DNA of 64,000 bases from Gemmatales bacterium (GCA_041640595.1 JBEPZY010000008.1:130773-194772); one strand, 5' to 3'; counted from the first letter of the stretch, positions 32,353 through 42,936 are shown. Notes: a model not told the origin generated them from the sequence alone. Made by a program: numbers and translations.

Positions 32353-33684
32353 TTAGAGAGAGGAGATCTCCGCAGCTTGTAATAGACCAGCCGGTGTGAG
32401 CGGAGTTTGCTGCAAGTGCAACTCCTCCAGATACTGCAAGCCGGCCAATTCACGTAAGTCCTTGCCAGATATTTTCGTGCCTGCCAGACTAAGCCGGCGT
32501 AGCTGGGTCAGCCCGGAAAGATACTTTAGTGCACTATCGCCAATACCGGTGTTAGATAAATCCAGGTGTTGTAAATGCGTATAGTTCTTGATGTGTTCCA
32601 GGGCGGATGTGCTGAGCGGAGTATATGAGAGATTGAGAAAGGTGAGGGTGCTGGCGGCCTGAAGGTGAGCAAGACCGTCGCCCTTGATTTGTGTCCCGGC
32701 CAGGCCGAGGTGTTTGAGCGAGGTCATGTTTTTCAAGTGCCGGAGACCCTGATCGGTAATCTTGCAACCGCTAAGCTCCAGAATCTCCATCTCGCTCAAC
32801 TTCGCCAGGCTGGCCAGACCACGGTCACTTATGCGGGTCATGTGCAGGTATAGAGTGCGAAGTTTAGTTTTGTCCGCCAGCGCTTGTAAAGTAACATCGC
32901 CGATGGCGGTGTTGCCAAGACTTAGTTGCTGAAGGTCAGGCATGGAGCGCAGAATAACGGCGCCGGTGTCGGTGAGTTTAGGCAGGTTTTCCAGCCACAA
33001 CGAGTCCAATTTAGTGAGTGTTGTCAGCAAGCGAACGCCTGCATCAGTGAAACGGGTTCCACCGAGGTCCAGTTGTTTGAGTTGTGCGAGTGCGGCGAGA
33101 GCGCGGGCAGCTTTATCAGTTACGGCGGTCTCACCGATATAGAGGGCTTCCAGTTCCGGCCACCATTGGGGTATCTGCATAACCAGGTCATCGTCAATCC
33201 TGGTCTTACGCAGCATAAGCCGCTTGATGGTTTTGATGTTCTTGAGTTCGGCGAGACCTTTCGAGGTAATGCGTGTATTAGCTGCGAAAAGTGTGTGCAG
33301 TTCGTTGTGGTCTTTGAGATACTGCAAACCTGTATCTTGCAGGGGAGTGTCGTTGAGATTGAGAGCCTGAAGATGGCGGGCATTTTTCAAGTATTTGAGG
33401 CCCTCGCCGTGAATCTCGCACTGAGCCAGGTCGGCGAAATGCAGGAGGGGAAATGCCGCGAGAGGTTCGAGGTCGCTGTCTTTGACAGTGGACTTATTGA
33501 GAATCACGCCGATTACCGGCTGGTCAGGAAGCTGGTCGGCGCGGCGTATCTGAGCACCGAGGTCAGTGAGCCGACGGATTGCCTCTTCAGTATCCATCGG
33601 CTTATCGGCAGCGCTGACCAGGCTGGCATACAGAAAGGCCAGGACAAGCAGCACGTTGCGAAGTGGGCAAGCTGTGGCGGTCAC
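32353..33684 (-). CDS. Exported leucine-rich-repeat protein
   Basis: Many 24-aa LRRs; signal-like segment after GTG 33684 (start uncertain). Confidence 0.85.
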   Translation of the reverse strand: MTATACPLRNVLLVLAFLYASLVSAADKPMDTEEAIRRLTDLGAQIRRADQLPDQPVIGVILNKSTVKDSDLEPLAAFPLLHFADLAQCEIHGEGLKYLKNARHLQALNLNDTPLQDTGLQYLKDHNELHTLFAANTRITSKGLAELKNIKTIKRLMLRKTRIDDDLVMQIPQWWPELEALYIGETAVTDKAARALAALAQLKQLDLGGTRFTDAGVRLLTTLTKLDSLWLENLPKLTDTGAVILRSMPDLQQLSLGNTAIGDVTLQALADKTKLRTLYLHMTRISDRGLASLAKLSEMEILELSGCKITDQGLRHLKNMTSLKHLGLAGTQIKGDGLAHLQAASTLTFLNLSYTPLSTSALEHIKNYTHLQHLDLSNTGIGDSALKYLSGLTQLRRLSLAGTKISGKDLRELAGLQYLEELHLQQTPLTPAGLLQAAEISSL

Positions 33685-33826
33685 GGGTTTACTCTCTGCG
33701 TGAAAGTTCGTGTTTGCCCGACCAGCATGGCCAGGCTGGTGGGGAAGCTGACCCAAGTCATTGTAGGGGAATCGGCAGCGATAGCGAGCACTGGCACGGG
33801 TCAGTGCGGATGCTAAGTTACAGAGT

Positions 33827-35542
33827 ATGCGAAGCAAAGGCTGGCTGAGGATCGCTGCTTTCGGGATGAGTGCTGCCCTGAGCGGATTTGCGACGATAGC
33901 GGCGACGCAAAAGCTTGCCGATTTCGAGTTGCATCGCCTTGGCTGGATTCTGGTAGTGGCGGGGACAGTTCTGTTGGTGGGATTAGGCCGACTGCTCACC
34001 GGTTACAGCGTTCGTCACTGGGCGATGGTGGCGATACCGTTTGTTCAGGCCCTGTTCCTTACGGGTATCGTAACGGGGAGGATTGGCGTGCCGGTTAGCT
34101 GGCTGGGCTATGGTTACTGGGTGTTGGAGTGCCTGAACTGGACGATTCGTTTGAGCCGATGCGGGGCGGCTGCGCGAGAGGTAGATCGGTATCCAGGGCT
34201 GGTGGTGGCAATCGTGGTGATAGCGTGGTCGGCAGGCGGGCTGCTGTCAGTGCTTAGCGACGGTGTCGTGGTGGTGGCTGTAGGCGGTCTGTTGCTGGCC
34301 GGGTTTTTGTCCAGTTGGGTGCGATGGGCGCACGAAACGGCTGGACCGGAGGCTTTACCTGCCTGGCCTGCCCGCTGGCAGCGGATAGTCCCGTCCTTGC
34401 GGCTAGCTTCGCGGCGCGATGCTGCGGAGGCGGCAATGCTGCTGGTCATGCTTGCGGGTGTTTGTCTGGCGGGTGGCGAAGGCGTGTTAGCTGGCCGCGA
34501 AGTGTCGCCAGCCGAGGTTTTACCGGCGATGGCAATTGGCATGGTGCCGCTAGTGGTCGGAAACCACCCTTACCGTGTGGCAGGCTGGCTACCTTACGCC
34601 GCGTGGGCCATGCTGGTGGCAATTGCCAGCCGGGACCCCCATCTCGCTGAGCAGCGGCAAGCCTGGTCGGTTTTTCTCACGGGAGCACAGACTTGCGCCG
34701 CAATGGCGATCTGCTCACGGCTGGTGGCGATATGTCCGCCGGCCAGCTTTGCGGGTTGGGCTGGGCTGGCGAGTCTGGTGGCGGGACTGGCGTTTGTGAG
34801 TGTTGGACGGAGTCCGGAATGGGTTGTCGCGGGTAATACCTGGCCCGGCTGGTTGATGCTTGGTCTTGGTGTAGCGGCACAGGTGTACTGGTTGCGCGAG
34901 TGGTTAGAACTGACCGCAGCGTTACCGGCGTTTTTTCTGTATCGGATTCGGCATGGCGGGCCAGGACGTGCCTGGGTACCGTGGCGTGGACCGCTGCTGG
35001 TTATTGCCAATCATGCCGCGTGGTTCGATCCGCTCTGGTTGGGCAAGGTGATCCCCCGGCGATTGACGCCGATGATGACCAGCGATTTTTATGACCTCCC
35101 TGGTCTGTACTGGCTGATGCGATACGTGCTGCGAGTCATTCGCGTGGAGGAGGCGCATGCTCGTCGGGAAGCGCCGGAACTGGACGAGGCGGTGAAGCGA
35201 CTGGCTGCTGGGGAATGCGTGGTAATTTTTCCGGAGGGCAGATTACGCCGCGAGGAAGACCGCATGCTGGCCCCGTTTCAGCGGGGTATCTGGTACATAC
35301 TCCAGAAAAGCCCGGATACGCCGGTGGTGCCGTGCTGGATTGAAGGGAACTGGGGAAGTTATTTTTCCTGGAAAGATGGCCCACCTATGAAGAACAAGCC
35401 ATTCGACTGGTGCCGACGCATCACCATTGTTGTCGGTCATCCACGAGTGCTGTCCGGTGAAGTGCTCGCAGATCATCGCACCACGCGACGTTTTCTGGAG
35501 CAATTGGTACTGGAGCAGCGCCAGTATCTGCACCAAAAATAG
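33827..35542 (+). CDS. Multi-TM membrane protein fused to a PlsC-type acyltransferase
   Basis: Polytopic N-terminus; NHAAWFD and IFPEG acyltransferase motifs. Confidence 0.88.
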   Translation: MRSKGWLRIAAFGMSAALSGFATIAATQKLADFELHRLGWILVVAGTVLLVGLGRLLTGYSVRHWAMVAIPFVQALFLTGIVTGRIGVPVSWLGYGYWVLECLNWTIRLSRCGAAAREVDRYPGLVVAIVVIAWSAGGLLSVLSDGVVVVAVGGLLLAGFLSSWVRWAHETAGPEALPAWPARWQRIVPSLRLASRRDAAEAAMLLVMLAGVCLAGGEGVLAGREVSPAEVLPAMAIGMVPLVVGNHPYRVAGWLPYAAWAMLVAIASRDPHLAEQRQAWSVFLTGAQTCAAMAICSRLVAICPPASFAGWAGLASLVAGLAFVSVGRSPEWVVAGNTWPGWLMLGLGVAAQVYWLREWLELTAALPAFFLYRIRHGGPGRAWVPWRGPLLVIANHAAWFDPLWLGKVIPRRLTPMMTSDFYDLPGLYWLMRYVLRVIRVEEAHARREAPELDEAVKRLAAGECVVIFPEGRLRREEDRMLAPFQRGIWYILQKSPDTPVVPCWIEGNWGSYFSWKDGPPMKNKPFDWCRRITIVVGHPRVLSGEVLADHRTTRRFLEQLVLEQRQYLHQK

Positions 35543-35711
35543 TCGTGCTCTTGAAAGCAGTGGCCGATTTTGTAGATTGACATCCGAAGCCTACCCGCCA
35601 GGAACCAGCCCGATGACGACTCAGCGGCCAGTGGTCGGAGGGCTTGGGACTACCCTGCCGGAACTGCAAGCCGAGATGTTTCGCGTCCTCACCAGCCAAC
35701 GGAAGTCCGCC

Positions 35712-38234
35712 ATGCGAATCAGGTTGGCGCATCGAGCCGTGCGACTCTGGGGCAAAATGGTCAGCGCTATTTTCGTCGTCGCGCTCGTCGGAGCCGTAAC
35801 CGTTTGCCCGCTTTGCTCCGCGGGAGACAAGCCCACTCAGCTCGCGGCGGTGGATTATCTCAGCCAGATCAAACCGGTTTTTCGGCAGCACTGTTACAGT
35901 TGCCACGGGTTGCGTTCCCAGAAAGGCGGCTTGCGGGTGGATACCGTGGCCCATTTGTTGAAAGGAGGTAGTCGCGGTCCGGCTATCGTTCCCGGCAAAA
36001 GCCAGGCGAGCTTGTTGCTTCGGGTGTTGCGAGGTCAGGAAGAAGATCCGCCGCGGATGCCCCTGGGTAAAGAGCCGCTGTCGGCCGAACAGATTGCGTT
36101 AATCGCTCGCTGGATCGATCAGGGAGCACCATTTCCGAAGGATGAGACCCCGGACGATGGTCGCAGCCACTGGGCATTTCGGCCACCGGTTCGGCCCCCT
36201 ATACCGAGCGTGCGTGATCCGCTGTGGGTGCGGAATCCGATAGATGCGTTTATCCTGGCACGGTTGGAAGCGGAAGGGATCAGTCCTTCCCCGCCAGCGG
36301 ATAAGGTTACCCTGATCCGTCGCGTGTACCTGGACTTGATCGGTCTGCCACCCAGCCCGGGAGAAGTGGATGCCTTTGTCGCCGACAACCGGCCTGATGC
36401 TTATGAGCAACTCGTCGAGCGATTGCTGTCCTCGCCGCATTACGGTGAACGCTGGGCACGCCACTGGCTCGACGTGGCCCGTTATGCCGATACGCACGGT
36501 TACACGATTGACGGTCCGCGGGAGATGTGGAAATACCGCGATTGGGTTATCGAGGCATTCAACCGCGATATGCCCTATGACCAGTTCCTGACCGAGCAGA
36601 TGGCGGGCGATTTGCTGCCGGACGCCACGGTGGAACAAAAGATAGCCACCGGCTTCCACCGCAACACCATGATCAATCAGGAAGGCGGCATTGATCCGGA
36701 GCAATTTCGCGTCGAAGCGGTAGCCGACCGCATTCACACTATCGGCGTGGGAATTCTCGGCCTGACGCTCAATTGTGCCCGCTGCCACGATCACAAGTAC
36801 GACCCCATTTCGCAGCGGGAGTATTTCCAGCTCTTCGCATTTTTCAACAATCAGGACGAACCGACCATCACCCTCGCAGAACCGGAACTGGTGGCAAAGC
36901 AACAAGCCATTCAGGCGAAACTCCGTGAAGCTGTCCAGCAAGCCGAAGCGGCTCAGAAAGCCTGGTTAAAACGCCTCAGCGACAGCGAACGGGAAAAACT
37001 GCCGCGCAATATCCAGGTCATCCTCAACCTCGGTTTCGAGCAACGCGACCGAAGACAGAAGGAAACCCTGCTCCAATTCGTCCGCGACCGGGATGAAGCG
37101 TTTTATCGAGCGTTGGTAACGCTGGCCGAACTGGAAGCTCAAATGCCGAAACTGCCCACGGCCATGATTCTGCAAGAGCGCAAAACGCCGCGCGAGACCC
37201 GCATCCACATTCAGGGCGATTTCACCCGTCCCGGTGAGCGCGTGGAACCGGGAGTGCCGAAAGTGCTCAACCCGTTGCCCGACTCACCCCGTCTGCGTGC
37301 CGGCAAACCGAACCGGCTCGATTTCGCTGCCTGGCTCGTCGCTGCCGACAATCCGCTCACCGCACGGGTGATGGTCAATCGAATCTGGCAGCACTACTTC
37401 GGCAAAGGGCTGGTCGAAACCGAAAATGATTTCGGTCTGCAGGGTTCACCCCCGTCGCATCCGGAATTGCTCGATTGGCTGGCTGTCGAGTTTCGTGAGT
37501 CGGGCTGGCGTCTGAAGCACCTGCACCGGCTCATTGTAACATCGGCGACGTATCGGCAATCGTCCCAGGCCAGACCGGAACTGGCCGAGAAAGATCCCAA
37601 CAATCGGCTGCTGGCCCGGCAAAATCGCCTGCGACTGGAAGCGGAATACATCCGCGACAGTGCCTTGGCGGTCAGCGGCAAACTCGAGCGTCGCATCGGT
37701 GGTCCCAGCGTTTATCCGCCCCAACCGGATGGGGTGTACAGCTTCACGCAGGTTCCCCGGCAATGGCCCACCAGCAGCGGTCCGGATCGCTTCCGCCGGG
37801 GGCTTTACACCTGGTTGCAGCGATCGGCCCCGTACCCGGCATTGATTGTTTTCGACGCCCCGGACGGCACCAGCAGTTGCACGCGACGCGTGCGCTCCAA
37901 TACGCCTTTGCAAGCCCTGACGCTGCTCAACGACCCTGCTTACTTCGAATTGGCCCAGGCGTTCGGCGAACGGATCGTGCGGGAAGCCCCAGCGGAGGAC
38001 GACAAACGCATTGCTTACGCTTTCCGTCTGGCCCTGTGTCGCTCACCGAGCGATGCGGAAATGCGTCTGCTCCGCGATTTTGTGGGCAAGCAGCGGGCGG
38101 CGTTGCGAAACCAGGTGCAGGAGATTCGCCGACTGGCACCGCATGCTCCCGCCGAACTCGCTGTGGATCAGGCTGTCTTCACGCTCCTGGGTCGGGCACT
38201 GATGAATCTCGACGAATTCATCACCCGCGAATGA
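35712..38234 (+). CDS. Planctomycete cytochrome c + DUF1549/DUF1553 protein
   Basis: CYSCH, WIDQGA, HWAF, CARCHDHKYDP and NLDEFITRE; start uncertain (35712 or 35757). Confidence 0.92.
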   Translation: MRIRLAHRAVRLWGKMVSAIFVVALVGAVTVCPLCSAGDKPTQLAAVDYLSQIKPVFRQHCYSCHGLRSQKGGLRVDTVAHLLKGGSRGPAIVPGKSQASLLLRVLRGQEEDPPRMPLGKEPLSAEQIALIARWIDQGAPFPKDETPDDGRSHWAFRPPVRPPIPSVRDPLWVRNPIDAFILARLEAEGISPSPPADKVTLIRRVYLDLIGLPPSPGEVDAFVADNRPDAYEQLVERLLSSPHYGERWARHWLDVARYADTHGYTIDGPREMWKYRDWVIEAFNRDMPYDQFLTEQMAGDLLPDATVEQKIATGFHRNTMINQEGGIDPEQFRVEAVADRIHTIGVGILGLTLNCARCHDHKYDPISQREYFQLFAFFNNQDEPTITLAEPELVAKQQAIQAKLREAVQQAEAAQKAWLKRLSDSEREKLPRNIQVILNLGFEQRDRRQKETLLQFVRDRDEAFYRALVTLAELEAQMPKLPTAMILQERKTPRETRIHIQGDFTRPGERVEPGVPKVLNPLPDSPRLRAGKPNRLDFAAWLVAADNPLTARVMVNRIWQHYFGKGLVETENDFGLQGSPPSHPELLDWLAVEFRESGWRLKHLHRLIVTSATYRQSSQARPELAEKDPNNRLLARQNRLRLEAEYIRDSALAVSGKLERRIGGPSVYPPQPDGVYSFTQVPRQWPTSSGPDRFRRGLYTWLQRSAPYPALIVFDAPDGTSSCTRRVRSNTPLQALTLLNDPAYFELAQAFGERIVREAPAEDDKRIAYAFRLALCRSPSDAEMRLLRDFVGKQRAALRNQVQEIRRLAPHAPAELAVDQAVFTLLGRALMNLDEFITRE

Positions 38235-38278
38235 ACTGCTTGGCACGCTCGCAGTGAGCCGCCTTCGGGAGGCAGGTC

Positions 38279-39754
38279 ATGAATCCTCAAACGTACCAGG
38301 AACAGGCTTACCAGGAATGGTTACGTCAGCGGACGCGGCGGCATTTCTTCCGCGATTGCGGTGTCGGGCTGGGCAAAATCGCGCTGGCGTCGCTGTTGTG
38401 CGAAACCCTGGCCGATTCCGGTTCCGCACAAACCTCGCGCAATCCACTGGCCCCGAAACCGCCGCATTTCCCTGCCAGAGCACGAAGCGTCATTTACTTG
38501 TTCATGGCAGGCGGTCCGAGCCAGCTGGAATTGTTCGATTACAAACCGGCCCTGCATCAGTACGACGGTCAGCCTATCCCCGACTCATTTCTGCAAGGCA
38601 GGCGGTTTGCTTTCATGGATTCGTTTACCAGGGAAAAACCCCGTTTGCTGGCCGCCCGCCGAAAATTTTTCCGTGCTGGTCAATGCGGCGCCTGGATCTC
38701 GGAGTTGCTGCCGCAGATCGCCCAAGTCGTGGACGAACTGGCCATTATCAAGACCGTGCAGACTGAGGTGTTCAACCACGGCCCGGCCAAGCTGTTTGTC
38801 AATACCGGCACAGCGCAGTTCGGTCGGCCCAGCATGGGGAGCTGGATTACTTACGGACTGGGAAGCGAAGCGAACGATCTGCCCGGCTTTGTTGTGCTGC
38901 AATCCGGTCCCCGGGGGCCACGCGGTGGTGCGACGCTCTGGAGTAGCGGGTTTTTGCCTACCGCCTATCAAGGTGTGCCGTTTCGCAGCGTCGGTGAGCC
39001 TGTGCTGAACCTCAATAACCCGCCCGGCATCTCAGCGGCTCGACAAGCCGACACGATCGAACTCATCCGTGCTCTCAATGCCACCCGCCTGGGCGCGGCA
39101 GGCGATCCGGAGATCGCTACCCGTATTGCTGCCTATGAAACAGCCTTCCGCATGCAAACCAGCGCTCCGGAACTGATAGACGTTTCCCGCGAATCAGCCG
39201 AAACTCTGCGCCTGTACGGTGTCGAACCGGGCAAACCGAGTTTCGCCTACAACTGCTTGCTGGCTCGCCGACTGGTGGAGCGGGGCGTTCGCTTCGTGCA
39301 ACTGTACCATACCGACTGGGATCATCACGGCGGACCGGGAGCCGACCTGGGCGCGGCTTTAGAGAAGGTCTGCCGCGAGGTGGACCGCCCCATCTATGCC
39401 CTCATCACCGACCTGAAGCGCCGCGGCTTGCTCGACTCCACGCTGGTGATCTGGGGCGGTGAGTTTGGCCGCACTCCGATGGGCGAAAAACGCGAAACCG
39501 TCGGCCGCAACCACCACATCGAAGCCTTCACGATGTTCCTGGCGGGTGGCGGCGTGAAAGGCGGTATCACTCTGGGCGAGACGGACGAATTCGGCTTCGC
39601 TCCCGTTCGGGATCCCGTCCACGTCCATGACATCCAGGCCACCGTCCTGCACCTGCTCGGCCTGGATCATAAACGTCTGACTTTCCGATTCCAGGGCCGC
39701 GAGCATCGCCTCACCGACATCGGTGGCCGCGTTCTGAACGCCGTGCTCGCTTAG
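38279..39754 (+). CDS. DUF1501 protein (Tat-like RR motif)
   Basis: TRRHFF, FMAGGPSQLELFD, LLARRLVERGVRFVQL, WDHH and GEFGRTP. Confidence 0.93.
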   Translation: MNPQTYQEQAYQEWLRQRTRRHFFRDCGVGLGKIALASLLCETLADSGSAQTSRNPLAPKPPHFPARARSVIYLFMAGGPSQLELFDYKPALHQYDGQPIPDSFLQGRRFAFMDSFTREKPRLLAARRKFFRAGQCGAWISELLPQIAQVVDELAIIKTVQTEVFNHGPAKLFVNTGTAQFGRPSMGSWITYGLGSEANDLPGFVVLQSGPRGPRGGATLWSSGFLPTAYQGVPFRSVGEPVLNLNNPPGISAARQADTIELIRALNATRLGAAGDPEIATRIAAYETAFRMQTSAPELIDVSRESAETLRLYGVEPGKPSFAYNCLLARRLVERGVRFVQLYHTDWDHHGGPGADLGAALEKVCREVDRPIYALITDLKRRGLLDSTLVIWGGEFGRTPMGEKRETVGRNHHIEAFTMFLAGGGVKGGITLGETDEFGFAPVRDPVHVHDIQATVLHLLGLDHKRLTFRFQGREHRLTDIGGRVLNAVLA

Positions 39755-39855
39755 TGCATCGTCCAGCGATACTTACCCGCGCACATACTTCGGCCTGACA
39801 ACTCTCCGGACTCTGGGGTGCTCCCTTAGTGCATCGTCCAGCGATGCCCGCCCGC
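39743..39855. repeat. 38-bp direct-repeat pair (33/38) with 37-bp spacer, duplicating the DUF1501 stop codon
   Basis: 39743-39780 versus 39818-39855; 28-bp core GTGCTCSCTTAGTGCATCGTCCAGCGAT. Confidence 0.9.
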
Positions 39856-40033
39856 TGCTCATTCACCGCCTCGCCTGGCCTCCTGCCCGAACCAGCGGAG
39901 GCGGTAACATTCTCACCGCCCGTCATGGTGAGCCAGTCCTGGCCAATTATGGCGATAATTAAAACGCCACTGTCCTGAGCTGAGCCGGTCTTTCATACAA
40001 AAACCGCGGCCGGGCCATTAGCGGGGTTGAGCA

Positions 40034-40288
40034 ATGATTGCATGTGACATCGCGCTGCTTGCCGACATGATCGCTCTGCTGGCTATCACACGTGGGCGTT
40101 CGGAAGCAAGGGTGGTTGTTGAGACGATCTTGGGAGCCCTCATAGGAGCGTTAGTAGCCTTCTTCCTCGCTAAGGAACAATCTGACAGCACTGCGGTTCG
40201 CCTGGTGGCACTGGTTTCAGGTGCCCTGGTCGGGGGCATAATCGGTTTGATCTTTGGCTTGCCAAGATCTCGTTATCTCCTGCGCTAG
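40034..40288 (+). CDS. Small membrane protein
   Basis: 84 aa with two to three Gly-rich hydrophobic segments. Confidence 0.5.
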   Translation: MIACDIALLADMIALLAITRGRSEARVVVETILGALIGALVAFFLAKEQSDSTAVRLVALVSGALVGGIIGLIFGLPRSRYLLR

Positions 40289-40519
40289 CAAAGCCATGTT
40301 CTGTCAAAAAGCGTTTCGGCGAACACGCCCGCGCTGTTCATTGCAACCGGCCGGGCGACGGTAGCTGTTGCGGTTCAGTCAACTGGGGCAGAATTGGTGA
40401 ACGGGAAGTTTCCTTGCCGCGTGGGGTTCAGCGTTTGCTGCTGTCCGGTTAGACAACTGGTGTATCGTCGAGCCAGAAAGCGGGCAATTTAATAACGGCG
40501 ATCATCTCCGGAGAGAGCC

Positions 40520-41971
40520 ATGAGCGACAACAACCAGACGACGTTGTTGCCGTATTTGCTACTTCAGGGGGCCAGCTTACCGGAGTGGCAGAACCGCACT
40601 GATGCCGAACTGCTGACAGAATACGCCAGACAGGGCAGTGAGCTAGCATTTGCGGCTCTGGTGCACCGGCACGGACCAATGGTCTGGCGAATTTGCTGGC
40701 ACCGGCTTCGCCATTATCAGGATGCTGAGGATGCCTTTCAGGCCACGTTTCTGGTGCTGGCCCGACGTGCCGCGGACATTCGCCCGCCCGAAATGCTGGC
40801 GAACTGGCTGTATGGCGTAGCTCGACAAACTGCACACAAGGCCAGTCTCATGGCAGCCCGACGCCGACACAAAGAAACCTCTCTGACCCAACAGACCGAC
40901 TCTGCCGCAGCAGCGGTAAAACCGGAGGAAGAGTGCCTCCTCGATTGCCTGTACGAAGAGGTGGCGCATTTGCCGGAGAAATTTCGGGCAGTCGTGGTGC
41001 TGTGCGATTTGGAAGGATTATCCCGCAAGGAGGCAGGGCGGCAACTCGGTGTCCCCGAAGGGACGGTAGCCGGCTGGCTGGCACGAGCCCGCCAATTGTT
41101 ACACAAACGTCTGGCCCGACGCGGCATCACGCTGTCGCTGGCTGCCGGACTCGCCACGCTGCAGGCAAACGCTTCCGCTGCTCCATACCGGGCTGTGCTG
41201 GCTTCGGTGCGTGTCGCTTCGCTACTGAAAGCTGGCGAATCCCTGGCTGCGGCTGTCCCGGCAAAGGTGACCATACTGGCACATGCGGTGATGCGGAGCC
41301 TTTCGACCGGTTCGCTTGCGGTAACGCTGGGTGGAACCATTATCCTCTCGCTGGCCCTTGCCTGGTGGCAGGGATGGAACAGCTTCCCCGTGCGACAGTT
41401 TTCTCCCCAGGATCATCAGGCTTACGATTCCACCGAATTATCCGACTCGCGGACATCATCTACAGTCACGTTTGAATCGCCGCAGGTCAGTGCAGAGCGC
41501 GGGCGGCAGGATGGTCATGCATCTTCAGCGCAACTGGACTCGCCTGCCATCGAGTTATCCCGAAAGCCGAAAACTAAGTCAGCGGTTACCCGGACGGCAA
41601 CTCCCACTTCGGGGGACAAGCTGGAATCGCACAAGGTCAAAAAACCGGCACAGAAAAAAGAAGAAGACGATGATGATGACGCAGATGACCGCTTCCGGGA
41701 TGAAGACACGTACACGGTGCACGGCCTGGTTTGCGAATTAGATGCGGAGCAACAGACGCTCAGTATCACCTGCTGGCAAAAGGTAACTCCGCACCTGAAA
41801 ACCTTCCGCCTGGCTCGCGGTGTCCGTGTTTGGAACCGGGGCCGCCATGATGATCTTTCCGTCCTGCAGCAAGGCATGTGGGTGCAACTGGAAGTCTGCC
41901 CGGACAATCACTGTGTCGTTCGGGTCAAGCTCAAGCCAAAACCTAAATGGCTGGAAGAACGCAAAACCTGA
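40520..41971 (+). CDS. ECF sigma factor with TM helix and C-terminal extension (planctomycete type)
   Basis: AFAALVHRHGPMV, DAEDAFQATFLVL and LGVPEGTV..LARAR; TM segment near aa 270. Confidence 0.9.
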   Translation: MSDNNQTTLLPYLLLQGASLPEWQNRTDAELLTEYARQGSELAFAALVHRHGPMVWRICWHRLRHYQDAEDAFQATFLVLARRAADIRPPEMLANWLYGVARQTAHKASLMAARRRHKETSLTQQTDSAAAAVKPEEECLLDCLYEEVAHLPEKFRAVVVLCDLEGLSRKEAGRQLGVPEGTVAGWLARARQLLHKRLARRGITLSLAAGLATLQANASAAPYRAVLASVRVASLLKAGESLAAAVPAKVTILAHAVMRSLSTGSLAVTLGGTIILSLALAWWQGWNSFPVRQFSPQDHQAYDSTELSDSRTSSTVTFESPQVSAERGRQDGHASSAQLDSPAIELSRKPKTKSAVTRTATPTSGDKLESHKVKKPAQKKEEDDDDDADDRFRDEDTYTVHGLVCELDAEQQTLSITCWQKVTPHLKTFRLARGVRVWNRGRHDDLSVLQQGMWVQLEVCPDNHCVVRVKLKPKPKWLEERKT

Positions 41972-42079
41972 TGCTCCCGAGTCAGCCCAAAACTTGCTGG
42001 AACAAGCGCTCAAAGAAACGCTGACACGCCTGGCACCGGCGTGCGGCAAAAACCACGGTGCCGAACAGGAGGATGAACC

Positions 42080-42640
42080 ATGCTCCGAAACGCCTTTCGC
42101 CTTTGCGTATTGAGTGTAGCAGTGGTATGGCTGTGGGTCGGCCTGGCCCACGCCGACGACAAGAAAGCTGGCGATAAGCCGAAAGACGGCAAAATCGTAC
42201 TGGTGATTGACGCCAGTAAATTGCCGCCCGGCTTGCTCAAACAATTGTTGCCATACGCGGAGCGACCTTCTACGGAGAAGGCCGAAGGCAAACCCAAGCA
42301 CCCCGAAACGAAAGCTAAGCCACCCGCCAAAGCTGCCGTCGCAGAAGCGAAAAAGCCCAACATTGTTCAGGTGGACCTGAACAAACTCTCCCCGGATCTG
42401 GCCAAACGTCTCAAGGCCGAACTGTCGCTTGGCAAACCGAAAAAAGATGACGACGATGACGACGACCGCGGCGGCAAGGGGAAAGCGAAAAAGGACGACG
42501 ATCGGCCCGGAGCAGGTGCGAAGGGGAAAAAGCACTCTGATGATGACGATGATGACAAGGGTAAAGCTCGGGGCAGAAAAGACAAGAAGGACAAGGATGA
42601 CGGCGAGGGCAAACGCAGCCAGAAGCGCGACGATGATTAG
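42080..42640 (+). CDS. Secreted Lys/Asp-rich low-complexity protein
   Basis: GGAGG RBS; signal peptide ending AHA; poly-Asp tracts. Confidence 0.8.
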   Translation: MLRNAFRLCVLSVAVVWLWVGLAHADDKKAGDKPKDGKIVLVIDASKLPPGLLKQLLPYAERPSTEKAEGKPKHPETKAKPPAKAAVAEAKKPNIVQVDLNKLSPDLAKRLKAELSLGKPKKDDDDDDDRGGKGKAKKDDDRPGAGAKGKKHSDDDDDDKGKARGRKDKKDKDDGEGKRSQKRDDD

Positions 42641-42727
42641 CGTGCCACGAATTGCAGCTTTGACGGCATGACCGCTGACTGGTCTCTGATTTGAGTTGCT
42701 TGGCTCCTTTCCTACTGTGGAAGCCAG

Positions 42728-42760
42728 CAGGCCAGGTTGCTGCCTGGCCTGTTTTTGTTT
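42728..42760 (+). terminator. Rho-independent terminator
   Basis: CAGGCCAGG-N6-CCTGGCCTG followed by TTTTTGTTT. Confidence 0.8.
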
Positions 42761-42936
42761 GGAAAGATGAGCCAGTGCAAACGGGCCGCGTTCACGCCGG
42801 ACAATAAGCCCTGCGTAAAAATGCCTGGTCGGGCGCATTTCTGGCTTGATGCCGTTTGTGCGGAGGTATTGTTCGGTCGGTCGACTTGAGACGGACGGGA
42901 TTCGTTGCCGAAATGGTTAGGCGGGGGAAGTGTGCT

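Noticed and set aside
4264..38234. Similarity between the two DUF1553 genes as a possible DGR template/variable pair
   Set aside because: Ordinary paralogy; no reverse transcriptase and no adenine-specific mismatch pattern seen.
41738..42838. 366-aa hydrophobic minus-strand ORF
   Set aside because: Antisense of the Asp/Lys-rich gene; its hydrophobicity is a complement artefact.
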